Below are positions 11,801 to 20,251 of a DNA stretch of 64,000 nucleotides, piece after piece. The notes below the pieces were generated by a model. The model made no database searches and was not told where the DNA came from. It saw only the letters and a program-made list of their open reading frames with translations. Origin of the DNA: Spirochaetia bacterium (GTDB lineage Bacteria > Spirochaetota > Spirochaetia > UBA9216). The position numbers were made by a program, and so were the translations under genes. Every line of letters begins with the position of its first letter. Position 1 is the stretch's first letter. The stretch spans positions 32,001 through 96,000 of the forward strand of contig OZ223270.1 of assembly GCA_965140585.1 (NCBI GenBank), in the 5' to 3' direction.

Positions 11801-14800
11801 AGTATCAGCAGTAAGAATCGTGACACTTGCAAGTTCAATTTCGTTTGTATCGCCAATTCCTGTTGATGCGTTAAGATCTACAGTATTAGCATTTATATCG
11901 ATATCTGTATCGGCCGCTGCAGAGTCATAGATCTCTCCGGCAGCAGCTGTAAGGGTTACAGTTGATGTACCGGCGCTTATTGTCGGAATTACTGAATTTC
12001 CTATGAGGATGCTTCCGGTTGTTGAAACAAGGGTTTCAGCTCTGTTTACATTATACAGCTTATTGATTGTCAGCCCGTTACTCTCGGTTATCTGAACTGT
12101 ACCAGATGTATTATTATCCAGATCTACAGTAGAAACTGTCGTTTCGAGTACATTTGCATCTCCGACACCCGTATCTGCATCGATAATGAGATTGCCGCAG
12201 ATTATATCCGCAGTTCCATCATCATCTGTAATTCCCCCGGCAGCAGATTCAAGACTGATGTCACCGCTTGTAGTAAGAGAACCGCCGACAAAGGCAATAT
12301 CCCCGGCTGTAGCGGCTCTCAGTTCAAGATTATCGTTTCCAAGGTTCCAGGCATTATTTACAATTATTCCGGCATTACGGTTATAGACAATTATTGTTTG
12401 AACAGAGGCTCCGGCTGTAGAGGAGGATATCTGCGAACTGCTTAGAGCACCGTTTGTTTCGGCGATATTTATATTTCCTGATGGTGCGGCCGCAGTAGTT
12501 GTAAGATCAAGGCTTCCGCCGCCGAGATCAATTTCAATCTCCTCTCCGGCTGCCGAAGTTCCTATTGCATCCTGCGCTGTCAGTGATATTGAACCAGCGG
12601 TAATATCCGAGGCGGCATCTGTTGCGGCTGCCTCAAGGATACTTCCGGAGGCTGCAGTCAAAGCAACAGTGCCTGAAGCGCTTACTGCAGCAACATTGAC
12701 GGTCCCCGCTGTTGATACAATATTTACATCGCCGGAAGCCGCTGTAATGGAAGTGAGTGTTACATTGTTTGCCTCTACTATGCTTATATCTCCAGCGGCT
12801 GCAGTAGAAGCAGTTATACTTCCCACATTTGTGTTTAATGAATTCAGGGTCCCTATGTCTGTCCCTGCAGTCAAAGTAAGTACGGTCGTACTATTTACAG
12901 CTCCTACCCTTGCTGTATTATCAGCTTCCTCAATAGCATCTCCGGCAGCTGTAAGATTGATTGCCCCATTTCCTGTTGACTCTACGACATCCACAGTCAG
13001 ACCATTTGCACCGGCACTCATATCAATCTGACCGGCAGCTGTCTGCACAAGGGATACTGAATCCATAGTAACTACATCGGTTCCGGTTATATCTATAGTT
13101 CCGGCCAATCCTGTCGTAATGTTTCCATATATCAGCAAGACATTCGCTCCGGTAGTATCTATTGTAATGTCACCGCTTGTACTGCTCATAACAACACCAT
13201 TAGAAAGTGTAAATGCTGATGATGAGTTGATGTCTATATTACCCGAACCATTTGCTGTTACGGTATTGCTTAGCGTAATTGGATTTGTTCCGGTGCTCGT
13301 CAGCGTTATTGCTCCATTCGCTCCGGTCGTCGCAATGCTGTTGCCGGTTGTTATTGCTCCGGCAGTCTGTATAGTTACATCACCGCCGCTGCTTGTTACT
13401 CCGCTTCCGGCTCCCAGAATAATTGCAGTGAATTCATTGATGCTTAGAATGCCTCCGGCAGAAGCAACCAGGGTTCCAACATTGGTATTAAGGGCACTGC
13501 CTGCCCCGATATCTGTTCCGGCACTTAATGTAAGAACGGTTGTGCTCCCTGCGGCTCCTATAAGTGCCGTATTATCAGCTTCTTCTATAGCGCTGCCGAC
13601 AGCTGTGAGGTTGATAGCGGCAGAGCCTCCGGTGGCTTCTATTACATCGACAGTCAATCCGGTTGCTCCTGCGCTTACATCTATCTGCCCGTTCACAGTC
13701 TGGATAAGCGATGTTGTATCCATTAATACCGCATCAACAGAAGTGAGATTGATCGTACCAGCACCGGCTGTCGTAATACTTCCGTTTACGGTCAGAACTC
13801 CTCCGTTTAATGTATCCACAGTAATATTTCCGGTACCGCTGCCAAGGACTATGCCATTATTAAGGGTAAAATCATCTCCGGAATTGATGTCCACAATACC
13901 GGACCCGCCGGCACTCACAGCATGTCCCAGAGTAATCGTGTCGCCATTCCCAGTTGTTGTGAGTGTAAGGTTCTGATCGGCGCCGCTTGATACGGTATTA
14001 CCGGTTGTTATAGAACCGTCAGCTTCAATACTTAAAGCACCTGCTCCGCTTGAAATACCGCCGGTCGCATTACCAAGCTGTATCGCACTCACTTCATCCA
14101 CCGTAAAGCTTCCAGTGACTGTGCCTCTGATAACCGACACTGAGGTATCAAGCGCAAAGGATGCCGGGGCATTAACCCATAATATGTTTGCAGCTATGTC
14201 TGCTGCCGCATCTCCGGATGCATCCGTAATACCGCCGGTCGCCGTTACCTCAACGTCTCCGGCTCCGGCATCAATCAGACCGACCGGAAACACCCCGAGA
14301 GAATCAAGGTATATATCTCCGTTTGCAGAAGTTGAATCGGCATTCAGGGCCGTTGATATATCAAGCTCGATACTGGAGGCTGCGGTTCCGATATCTCCGT
14401 TTGAGCTCAGACTTATGGTATTTCCGCTCACATCGGCCACAGCATCATTAGCATTTACGGTGATCGCTCCGCCGCCTGTCAGCGTTACATTACCGTTTGC
14501 TGCGGTAATATCTAAAATCAGAACATCGTTGTTTTCAATGATATCAATATCACCCGCAGCGCTGAGTGACAGATCGAGTGAAACAACATCTGTCTCAACC
14601 GCACCGTTTGCACCGCTGTTGCCTATTCCGTCTAAAGCACTAATCTGCAATTCTCCGCCTGCAGCAATATCACTTCCGCCGGTGTCACCGCCGTCTATAA
14701 CTTCACCGCCTACTGTAATATCAACTGCCGGAGCTCCGGCACTGGTTGTAACAAGTCTTCCAAGAGTAAGATCGGTTCCGGAACTTACAGAAATTGTTCC

Positions 14801-17800
14801 GCTGCCGGCATCAACTACAGCTCCGTCATTTATGATCATCGCCCCGGTTCCGGCGGTAAGGCTGACTGCGCCGGCTCCTGAACCCGTGATATCTCCGCTG
14901 ATAGTTAATGCAGTTCCTGCATTAAGAGTAAGAGTTCCTGTGTAGGCAGAAGCCCCCGCACCAACAGTGAATGCGGCGGGTTCGCTAATATCTACATTTG
15001 CCGAATTAGTGAAAGTAACTGTATTAAAAGCATTACTGCCGTTTGTAAGAGTAATATCATTTCCAGCGCCTGCTTCAAATGCAGCAGCTCCGCTTATGCT
15101 CAGGGCTGCTCCCTGGGTTATATCTCCTCCGACAGTACAAGCAAGCCCGCCTGCTGTAGTTATAGCCGGAAGGGCAATACCGGCTCCTGTACCGGTGATT
15201 ATAAGGTCATTAATATTTGAGGACAGTACTCCGCCGAGGGTTACACTGCCGGTACCGGCATCAATTGTAAAATCACGATTTGCCCCTGAGCCGGCAACAA
15301 CTCCGGAAATCTGAATATTTCCACCGGCAGCTCCTGTATCGATACCGCTGGCTCCGGTGAGACTTATACCCGCAACCGAAACATCGTCAGCGGTAGTTAT
15401 AATATCACCATTGAGCGTCAATGGCGCGCCTGTTGACATTCCGCCGTTAAAATTGCATGTACCGGAAAGTCTTACACTTGTTGTATTCTGAAAATTAACA
15501 GCTCCGGTTATCGTGCAGCCGCTGTCCATTCTGACTGAGTATGCAGAAGCTCCAACATTGAGGGTACCAACCGTCAGAGCTTCGCGAAACCGGATTGTCC
15601 CGGTTGAAGAGGTTATATCTATCTGGTTAGAACCGGCTGTGACTGTGACACCTGCACCGAAATCAACACCGGTGGAATTTGTAATTATCAGGTTATCAGC
15701 TGTAGTAAGACTTGTTCCAACTGTAAATGCGGCAACTGCATCAAATTCGAGATCAAAGTAATCGGTGACACCGTATTCCTGAACTGCGCCTCCGCCTGTA
15801 TACCTGACCGTACCGCTGTCTGTATCTGTAGCAGAAACATTTGTACCGCCTGCTCTGCGCAGAATTGCTGTGCCCTGTAGATCAATAGAGCTGATACTGA
15901 GATCATTTGTCCCGGTCCGGAGTTCGGCGCCTGCGGAAACTATTACATCCTCACCTGAAGAATCAACAGAAAGCACCGGATAGCCGGATGCTATTACAAC
16001 ATCATCAGCCGCTGCCGGAACATAGCCCTCAACCCAGTTTCCGGCTACGGACCAGTCGCCGCCGGAAGAACCGCCCCAGTTGCATTCACGGTAAAACGTA
16101 ACTGATGAAGCATCAGTTACTGCTGTAACCTGTGTTCCTGCATTACCCGCAGTATCGCTGAAATCTATAGTGAATGCAACGGCCGCTTCTGCAATTGTTC
16201 TGTCTGCCGGCAGAAGCTGGTAAACAGCTTGATAATCATCGCCGCCCAGTGACGATTCAGTTGCCGCCCTCGACAGACTTGTTAGGGTCACAACAGGCAG
16301 GGCGGACAGTGTTTCAGACGATGTGAATGTAAGAGTAATTGCATCCTGAATCTTGGCGGTTGCAGTATCAGCATTATCGGATTGAATATGTACGGGAGCA
16401 AGCGTCGGCAGAACCTGATCAACAGTAAGTGTGACTGCACTCGTGCTTCCGGTTGTTGAGTTTCCGGCAATATCGGTAATTACAGCCCTGAGCTGTACCG
16501 TGTCGCCTTCACCAAAGTTTGTCAGAGCTTCAAACTGTGCGGCCGTTGCAGTGTGATCCTTATTTGTACTTATATCGCCGCCGCCTATAGCTATAGCCCC
16601 TGCGAGGTTCTCCCATGCACCGCCTGTCGCAAACCCCTGCAGCTGCACTGTTCCGCCGCTGAGACTTGCATCATTTGCTATGGGGATGGTTACGGTTAGT
16701 CCCGTATTTGTTGAGTTCCAGTAGTTTGCAGTAACTGTTCCGCCGGTAGCGGTTACAGCTCCGGCAGTGAATGCTGTCGGAATAATTTGATCTACAGTAA
16801 GCGTTGTTACACTTGCGCTGCCGGTTGTTGAGTTTCCGGCGACATCGGTAATAACCGCCCGGAGCTGGACTGTGTCGCCTTCACCGAAACCGGTTAAAGC
16901 CTCCAGCTGTGCAGCCGTTGCAGTGTGGTCCTTGTTTGTATTGATATCGCCGCCGCCTATGGCAATGGCTCCGGCAAGGTTCTCCCAGGCTCCGCCTGTC
17001 GCAAACCCCTGCAGCTGTACTGTTCCACCGCTGAGGCTTGCATCATTTGCTATCGGGATGGTTACGGTTAGTCCCGTATTTGTAGAGTTCCAGTAGTTTG
17101 CGGTAACTGTTCCGCCGGTTGCAGTCACTGCTCCGGCTGTAAACGCTCCGGGGGCTGCAACATCAAGCTCGCTTGTATCAGTTGCATCCAGACCGGTATT
17201 TCCTGCCGGATCTGTTAAAGCTACGGTAAGAGTTACAGTACCGTCATTTAGGGCGCTTAAATCATCATTTATTGTATCGGTTGCTGTTGCTATTGTTCCG
17301 CTGCCGGTGACAGGCCCACCTCCGCCGCTGCTTGTATATGTGTAGCTGTAATCTGCTCCTACTTCAGCTCCTGTGAAGTCAAAGTCCAGGCTTGCAACTT
17401 CTGAGGCATTGATATATCCGTCAACATCAGCAATAGCAACCGTATATCCGGCGGGTGCGGTTTGATCGACAGTAAGCATTGTTGCACTCGCGCTGCCGGT
17501 TGTTGAGTTTCCGGCGACATCGGTAATAACCGCCCGGAGCTGGACTGTGTCGCCTTCACCGAAACCGGTTAAAGCCTCCAGCTGTGCAGCCGTTGCAGTG
17601 TGGTCCTTGTTTGTATTGATATCGCCGCCGCCTATGGCAATGGCTCCGGCAAGGTTCTCCCAGGCTCCGCCTGTCGCAAACCCCTGCAGCTGTACTGTTC
17701 CACCGCTGAGGCTTGCATCATTTGCTATCGGGATGGTTACGGTTAGTCCCGTATTTGTAGAGTTCCAGTAGTTTGCGGTAACTGTTCCGCCGGTTGCAGT

Positions 17801-18940
17801 CACTGCTCCGGCTGTAAACGCTCCGGGGGCTGCAACATCAAGCTCGCTTGTATCAGTTGCATCCAGACCGGTATTTCCTGCCGGATCTGTTAAAGCTACG
17901 GTAAGAGTTACAGTACCGTCATTTAGGGCGCTTAAATCATCATTTATTGTATCGGTTGCTGTTGCTATTGTTCCGCTGCCGGTGACAGGCCCACCTCCGC
18001 CGCTGCTTGTATATGTGTAGCTGTAATCTGCTCCTACTTCAGCTCCTGTGAAATCAAAGTCTACGCTTGCAACTTCTGAGGCATTGATATATCCGTCAAC
18101 ATCAGCAATCGCAACCGTATATCCGGCGGGTGCAGTTGTATCAACATCAGCATTGCTTGTGTCTGCGACTGTAGTAGTATTTCCTGCATCATCGGTTGCA
18201 GTAATACTTACGTTTAAATTGGAGGTATCGATCCCGTCCAGAAGAGCATAACTAGCAGTCCATGTTTCAGCTGTATTTGCCATGGCAACCGCAGCCCCGC
18301 CTCCGAACTCTGTAAAATCGGCAGCCGCAGAGCTGATGTCCCCGTTATTATCGCCTCCGGCGGTATTGTTCCAGGTTACGGTGACAGTATCGCCTGATAT
18401 AAAAACACTGCCTGTGCCGGTAGCTCCGCTTATGCTTAGATTACCGTCGGTCACTGTGGGAGACTGATTATCACAGGAGAGATTTGTACCGTTATCAACC
18501 GGTCCGGTTGTACCATCACCATTGGTAACAGTAACTGTTATCCTCACCGTTGAACTGTCTATAATACCTGCGACTATTGTATACGAAGCTGTCCATATGC
18601 CATCACCCGAAGCTGCGTCATCACCGCTACCGTCATCAACAGCAGCAGCTGCAGCTGCCCCCCCGAACTGGGAAAAATCTACGCTTACCGCGGTTATATT
18701 ATTTGTGGCCGGCGGAGCATAGTTTAGAGGACTATTTGTACTATCCCATTCTACAACAATGGTATCTCCGGTTATAAAGACGCTTCCTGTGCCGGTAGCT
18801 CCCGAGATAGTCATATCGGTTGTCTGCACATTAGGCACTGCAAACAGAAAAACTATTGAGCAAATGTTAAATACAGAGGTTAATAGCAGTAATTTAATTC
18901 TCTTTCGGTTGAACAGCATATCTTTAAAAATATACCACAT
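5900..18940 (-). CDS. Giant secreted repetitive surface/adhesin-like protein (Ig-like repeats, haemagglutinin-like beta-strand repeats, C-terminal FlgD-Ig-like domain)
   Basis: 4346-aa ORF; signal peptide (...SIVFLFA; start could be ATG 18919); TD.AGN Ig-like repeats; long G/A/T/N-rich beta-helix-like region; C-terminus NNVINP...WDGTN...VARGIYFIRI...RKVMIVK. Confidence 0.85.
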   Translation of the reverse strand: MWYIFKDMLFNRKRIKLLLLTSVFNICSIVFLFAVPNVQTTDMTISGATGTGSVFITGDTIVVEWDSTNSPLNYAPPATNNITAVSVDFSQFGGAAAAAAVDDGSGDDAASGDGIWTASYTIVAGIIDSSTVRITVTVTNGDGTTGPVDNGTNLSCDNQSPTVTDGNLSISGATGTGSVFISGDTVTVTWNNTAGGDNNGDISSAAADFTEFGGGAAVAMANTAETWTASYALLDGIDTSNLNVSITATDDAGNTTTVADTSNADVDTTAPAGYTVAIADVDGYINASEVASVDFDFTGAEVGADYSYTYTSSGGGGPVTGSGTIATATDTINDDLSALNDGTVTLTVALTDPAGNTGLDATDTSELDVAAPGAFTAGAVTATGGTVTANYWNSTNTGLTVTIPIANDASLSGGTVQLQGFATGGAWENLAGAIAIGGGDINTNKDHTATAAQLEALTGFGEGDTVQLRAVITDVAGNSTTGSASATMLTVDQTAPAGYTVAIADVDGYINASEVASLDFDFTGAEVGADYSYTYTSSGGGGPVTGSGTIATATDTINDDLSALNDGTVTLTVALTDPAGNTGLDATDTSELDVAAPGAFTAGAVTATGGTVTANYWNSTNTGLTVTIPIANDASLSGGTVQLQGFATGGAWENLAGAIAIGGGDINTNKDHTATAAQLEALTGFGEGDTVQLRAVITDVAGNSTTGSASVTTLTVDQIIPTAFTAGAVTATGGTVTANYWNSTNTGLTVTIPIANDASLSGGTVQLQGFATGGAWENLAGAIAIGGGDISTNKDHTATAAQFEALTNFGEGDTVQLRAVITDIAGNSTTGSTSAVTLTVDQVLPTLAPVHIQSDNADTATAKIQDAITLTFTSSETLSALPVVTLTSLSRAATESSLGGDDYQAVYQLLPADRTIAEAAVAFTIDFSDTAGNAGTQVTAVTDASSVTFYRECNWGGSSGGDWSVAGNWVEGYVPAAADDVVIASGYPVLSVDSSGEDVIVSAGAELRTGTNDLSISSIDLQGTAILRRAGGTNVSATDTDSGTVRYTGGGAVQEYGVTDYFDLEFDAVAAFTVGTSLTTADNLIITNSTGVDFGAGVTVTAGSNQIDITSSTGTIRFREALTVGTLNVGASAYSVRMDSGCTITGAVNFQNTTSVRLSGTCNFNGGMSTGAPLTLNGDIITTADDVSVAGISLTGASGIDTGAAGGNIQISGVVAGSGANRDFTIDAGTGSVTLGGVLSSNINDLIITGTGAGIALPAITTAGGLACTVGGDITQGAALSISGAAAFEAGAGNDITLTNGSNAFNTVTFTNSANVDISEPAAFTVGAGASAYTGTLTLNAGTALTISGDITGSGAGAVSLTAGTGAMIINDGAVVDAGSGTISVSSGTDLTLGRLVTTSAGAPAVDITVGGEVIDGGDTGGSDIAAGGELQISALDGIGNSGANGAVETDVVSLDLSLSAAGDIDIIENNDVLILDITAANGNVTLTGGGAITVNANDAVADVSGNTISLSSNGDIGTAASSIELDISTALNADSTSANGDIYLDSLGVFPVGLIDAGAGDVEVTATGGITDASGDAAADIAANILWVNAPASFALDTSVSVIRGTVTGSFTVDEVSAIQLGNATGGISSGAGALSIEADGSITTGNTVSSGADQNLTLTTTGNGDTITLGHAVSAGGSGIVDINSGDDFTLNNGIVLGSGTGNITVDTLNGGVLTVNGSITTAGAGTINLTSVDAVLMDTTSLIQTVNGQIDVSAGATGLTVDVIEATGGSAAINLTAVGSAIEEADNTALIGAAGSTTVLTLSAGTDIGAGSALNTNVGTLVASAGGILSINEFTAIILGAGSGVTSSGGDVTIQTAGAITTGNSIATTGANGAITLTSTGTNPITLSNTVTANGSGNIDINSSSAFTLSNGVVMSSTSGDITIDTTGANVLLIYGNITTGLAGTIDITGTDVVTMDSVSLVQTAAGQIDMSAGANGLTVDVVESTGNGAINLTAAGDAIEEADNTARVGAVNSTTVLTLTAGTDIGTLNSLNTNVGSITASTAAAGDISIVEANNVTLTSITAASGDVNIVSTAGTVNVAAVSASGTVALTAASGSILEAAATDAASDITAGSISLTAQDAIGTSAAGEEIEIDLGGGSLDLTTTAAAPSGNINIAETNGALSSSQISSSTAGASVQTIIVYNRNAGIIVNNAWNLGNDNLELRAATAGDIAFVGGSLTTSGDISLESAAGGITDDDGTADIICGNLIIDADTGVGDANVLETTVSTVDLDNNTSGTVQITESNGLTINKLYNVNRAETLVSTTGSILIGNSVIPTISAGTSTVTLTAAAGEIYDSAAADTDIDINANTVDLNASTGIGDTNEIELASVTILTADTASGNIDIDHTADAGLSVTTMTTGGASTIDFDQTGNQSLTLVTVTASNGDITVTNTGGTGADTGLGSITADTADDTVSISASGAIDDSTASDTTADVTAAVIILTADDSGIGQAANGAVDVRAAVGLSADSSADGSDIALYDPVGPTPVVLLTTGGTGDIVLTSLNAVTDPGGNAENDISASDLNITAQGGINLDTAVSTMTLNAQAAGSVTIRETDAVTFTSVTASNGPVTLSTVNAGNIVLTNIVSSNDTDVNDISVTAANGDIEVDTIDAQGSNADISLTTANGAVTNTDSTSNVTGDVLTISTANGTGVSFGQAISTTVNTLNVGNSAGGDIAIDESGAVTVTGLSTVAGGNIRLDADGTITLNGAGASAAGAGGIILTGIGAGNNLDINAAINGGTGGITLTGGTSIDTNSNVTTSNNTIQFASNTYITDDATVTVSTGAGVGGTITFSGTLDGEGSDFTDNLTLIAGTGNIDFNAAVGSSVDMGNVLISSALDVTADAAFSANTLTQTAGTGDTQFDGAITLQALGGMDITTSTVTINSTINTLAAGNGGTVTITNAGLLDIAAGANMSLDGAFLQDGAGDVETAGNITTTNDSIYFTRNVTITDNGTVSLDTDAGAGTITFNGTLNGDDANFDDDLSLTAGTGNIDFNGIVGGANDLGDVSINSAADVTADLAFSANTLTQTAGTGDTQFDGAVVLQAAGGMDLTTNTVTINSTIDTSTAGNGGAVTITNAGLLDIAPGADISLDGAFTQDGAGAVQTAGNVTTTQDDIYFTSAVTVTDDESIVFDTDINDTGSIQGDLTFNSTVVSSSADTGILSLDSGIGTLTLNGVVGSGLIPFRYVLIRGAGNCTSTAATIDISAQDLYIDAGGYTLVLQKHLSADNLIFYDGTLNLNARTLTTNGDLAVFGGTYSAIDSARAATHAGNIYFAYPNTGALAYYPSAGTYNAGTAVFSTAPGAAFANLNGSTINAGGNFYVNGAGLPGTAAWNLIVNDNSTVTGLDTAPGDNITDWPYGTNYAVVFRSAVDYCNASNWLGVDPQNGNTDGGNNVANVDSTFPEIVNYETVFDNVIRVTFTEAIENDSDEISAAVSNVYVDGNSGLTFSASYIDADDAAPFNFTTTDGAGDLTTFYLQIDRTTATWNTDATGTSDGNTGSSDREGNHQAISASLSMLKGSLFDAEGHNHIRNYGLNTEDIADGSTNETFADECRPNLVAVVGGRVNHQAAASDEIYDGHNFLHLRYSEPVDIGDDVNYAIGAGAPPANDRADETFATGEHGGHIVQNGAVVDVVGYFSYTGTFLSGSRDGNPAITSMYRSGTENPSGDFGITLYVAGWRTDDTALWPGYLGDPAETLLSHSVNTDVTAGGVSIKALANSFIKDADGNTIEPSTEPYRGTDAIADPVITTAVSDILVSGTTSLPNISMPADHITGWDVEPPIFSVYDDTVIPNTYEIISIANVTTGKIERLEFFIRDNETSQGGFSQAIDAGIVHPEAGANLGVRDATCAIDAANSIDPYTAFFIADVNDTSLTAGYNTGITTTVQDSSIFLGPITVADDSYFALTLNDLHTWNTRTALQIKYDASIGYITDLAGNLIPTTSISLSGVERIPPYIELALGAVGDTKIYIRFSEPVFGAGYVNVAETDFSFSGTTNSLNGITAISYLSGGLLEAWFNLDSGLTADEILEAKIIPQATQIYDKLGNAMEVTSIHRFSDIGIGVMNPIWAADSLHNNSLYGTDTSLRIFDGTGYLTDSNITLEASILAADRFKGLSASLYYDVDPSESVLNDGFWLPSYNNALVPAANTSARGLNPYSSSEGTRKFMIPSDDSEIETGNEVQFLLKVGDLFCANLLDKDDPRTIVPWSFSIKDIKKQAAGVTILNNVINPVEGDEKTVLTYDLPNAGMVTINVFNMAGDLVKVIHRGAQGAGTYNFSWDGTNRAGNIVARGIYFIRIVAPGIDEYRKVMIVK
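9470..10430 (-). repeat. Diverged intragenic tandem duplication, 525-nt (175-aa) period; ends approximate
   Basis: AFSANTLTQTAGTGDTQFDGA and TITNAGLLDIA occur twice; TAAAATCAATATTACCGG at 9841 and 10366. Confidence 0.85.
12810..14080 (-). repeat. Diverged intragenic tandem duplication, ~654-nt (~218-aa) period; ends approximate
   Basis: GQID.SAGA.GLTVDV.E, AIEEADNTA and STTVLTL.AGTDIG occur twice; TTATCAGCTTC at 12918 and 13572. Confidence 0.8.
16445..16775 (-). repeat. Third, partial copy (~124-aa module) of the N-terminal Ig-like repeat
   Basis: AFTAGAVTATGGTVTANYWNSTNTGL...TVQLRAVITD.AGNSTTGS almost identical in protein, with many synonymous DNA differences. Confidence 0.85.
16815..18133 (-). 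repeat. Near-identical direct repeat, 675-nt (225-aa) period
   Basis: 16815-17458 matches 17490-18133 with only a few substitutions; identical antisense ORFs at 16872 and 17547. Confidence 0.95.
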
Positions 18941-19006
18941 TAAGATTTATGTGACATTACTTTTTATATATCGAAGATTTTCAGCTGTAACGTTAAATCT
19001 TTCACT

Positions 19007-19981
19007 TCAGCCGGATGAAGAGTTTTTTACATTATTTTTGAGCTGAATTCTGATAAACCTTAAAGTCTGTTCGAGTATCTGTGTTGTACGGATATCACGT
19101 AATTTTACCTCAAAACAGTGTCCGCCGTTTTTATGTTCAAGCAGTCTGCAGTGTACGCCCAGTTCTTTAAGTTTCTGAATAAGTGTGTGAGATGAACGGA
19201 ATGGAACGGTTTCATCCTTCATCCCGTGAACCGCCAGTACCGGAACCATCTCCGACGTTAACCAGGTGACCGGTGAATACCTGATATATGCTTCTTCATC
19301 AAAGGAAGGAAGGGCTTTCAGCGTGCTCCCGGCTGCAAAACGGACAAACAGAGACTTATCATCGGGCGCATAGAGATCTCTGAGATCCGACGGCGCATAG
19401 TAGGCTATAACAGACAGAATTCCCCGCATAGCCTGATGGTTTTTCTGCGACGTATTATAGGCGGCATAACTCAGCGCCAGGTGCCCTCCGGCAGACAATC
19501 CTATAAGGATGATATTGCCTGAAGCTTCATCTCCTGCAAATTTATGCCTGATGAAGGATACGGCATCAGAATAATCCTCAAGGATATCAGACATTCTGTA
19601 TTTGAATCCAAGCCTGTAATCTATTGATGCCACGGTGAATCCTCGGGAGGATAAAAACCTGCACCAGGAGACATTATTCGGCTGATTTCTGAAACCGCTT
19701 ATCCAGCCTCCGCCGTGAGCAAAAATTACAAGTGCCGGTATTCGGTTTTTTTCAGGAGGAGACCAGAGATCAAGCTTAAGCTCCACATCTTCAGCCCTTT
19801 TATAGATAATTGTTTCGGGATGATTTTCACCTCCGGGATCAATGGGAAGTCTGGCTCGTAAAATATTGAGGATGTAGATGATAAAAACAATAATTATACC
19901 CGCAACGGCAGCACTGAAGTTAACTATTGCGAGGATTACAAGAGCCGGAAAGATCAACTTTTTCCTGTTCATTTCATTCAT
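19007..19981 (-). CDS. Membrane-anchored alpha/beta hydrolase (esterase)
   Basis: N-terminal TM segment; HGGGW, IDYRL, GLSAGG nucleophile elbow, HGMKDETVP, GGHCF. Confidence 0.85.
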   Translation of the reverse strand: MNEMNRKKLIFPALVILAIVNFSAAVAGIIIVFIIYILNILRARLPIDPGGENHPETIIYKRAEDVELKLDLWSPPEKNRIPALVIFAHGGGWISGFRNQPNNVSWCRFLSSRGFTVASIDYRLGFKYRMSDILEDYSDAVSFIRHKFAGDEASGNIILIGLSAGGHLALSYAAYNTSQKNHQAMRGILSVIAYYAPSDLRDLYAPDDKSLFVRFAAGSTLKALPSFDEEAYIRYSPVTWLTSEMVPVLAVHGMKDETVPFRSSHTLIQKLKELGVHCRLLEHKNGGHCFEVKLRDIRTTQILEQTLRFIRIQLKNNVKNSSSG

Positions 19982-20031
19982 TATATTGATTTAAGAGAAT
20001 AATAAACAGAGCTGATGAACGCTGATGAATT

Positions 20032-20250
20032 TCAGCCCCCGTCGAGAAGAGTAAATATACTGAGCTTATCGTTAGCAGACAGCACTGTATCATCAGGGAC
20101 ATTTGTTCCGTTTACAACAAAAAGATAATCCTCTGTTGAAGTTTCACCGAGTGTTTTCAGTAGCGAGCGGATATCAGTGCCCTCATCAATCTGACAGGCC
20201 CCTGATTTGATTTTTTTGTTCATCGGCGCATGGATATTTACGGTAATCAT
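20032..20250 (-). CDS. MoaD/ThiS family sulfur carrier
   Basis: 72 aa; VVNG motif and C-terminal DGG. Confidence 0.85.
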   Translation of the reverse strand: MITVNIHAPMNKKIKSGACQIDEGTDIRSLLKTLGETSTEDYLFVVNGTNVPDDTVLSANDKLSIFTLLDGG

Positions 20251-20251
20251 C

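Noticed and set aside
16815-18133. Long direct repeat as a possible DGR template/variable repeat, CRISPR or mobile-element end
   Set aside because: In-frame coding duplication; differences are not adenine-specific; no reverse transcriptase, cas gene or spacers
9192-18777. Many plus-strand ORFs of 60-285 aa inside the giant gene
   Set aside because: Antisense shadows of a G/A/T-rich low-complexity protein; no RBS or recognisable motifs
20012-20037. GCTGATGAA repeated twice (contains the hammerhead core CUGAUGA)
   Set aside because: No GAAA partner motif or three-stem structure could be built
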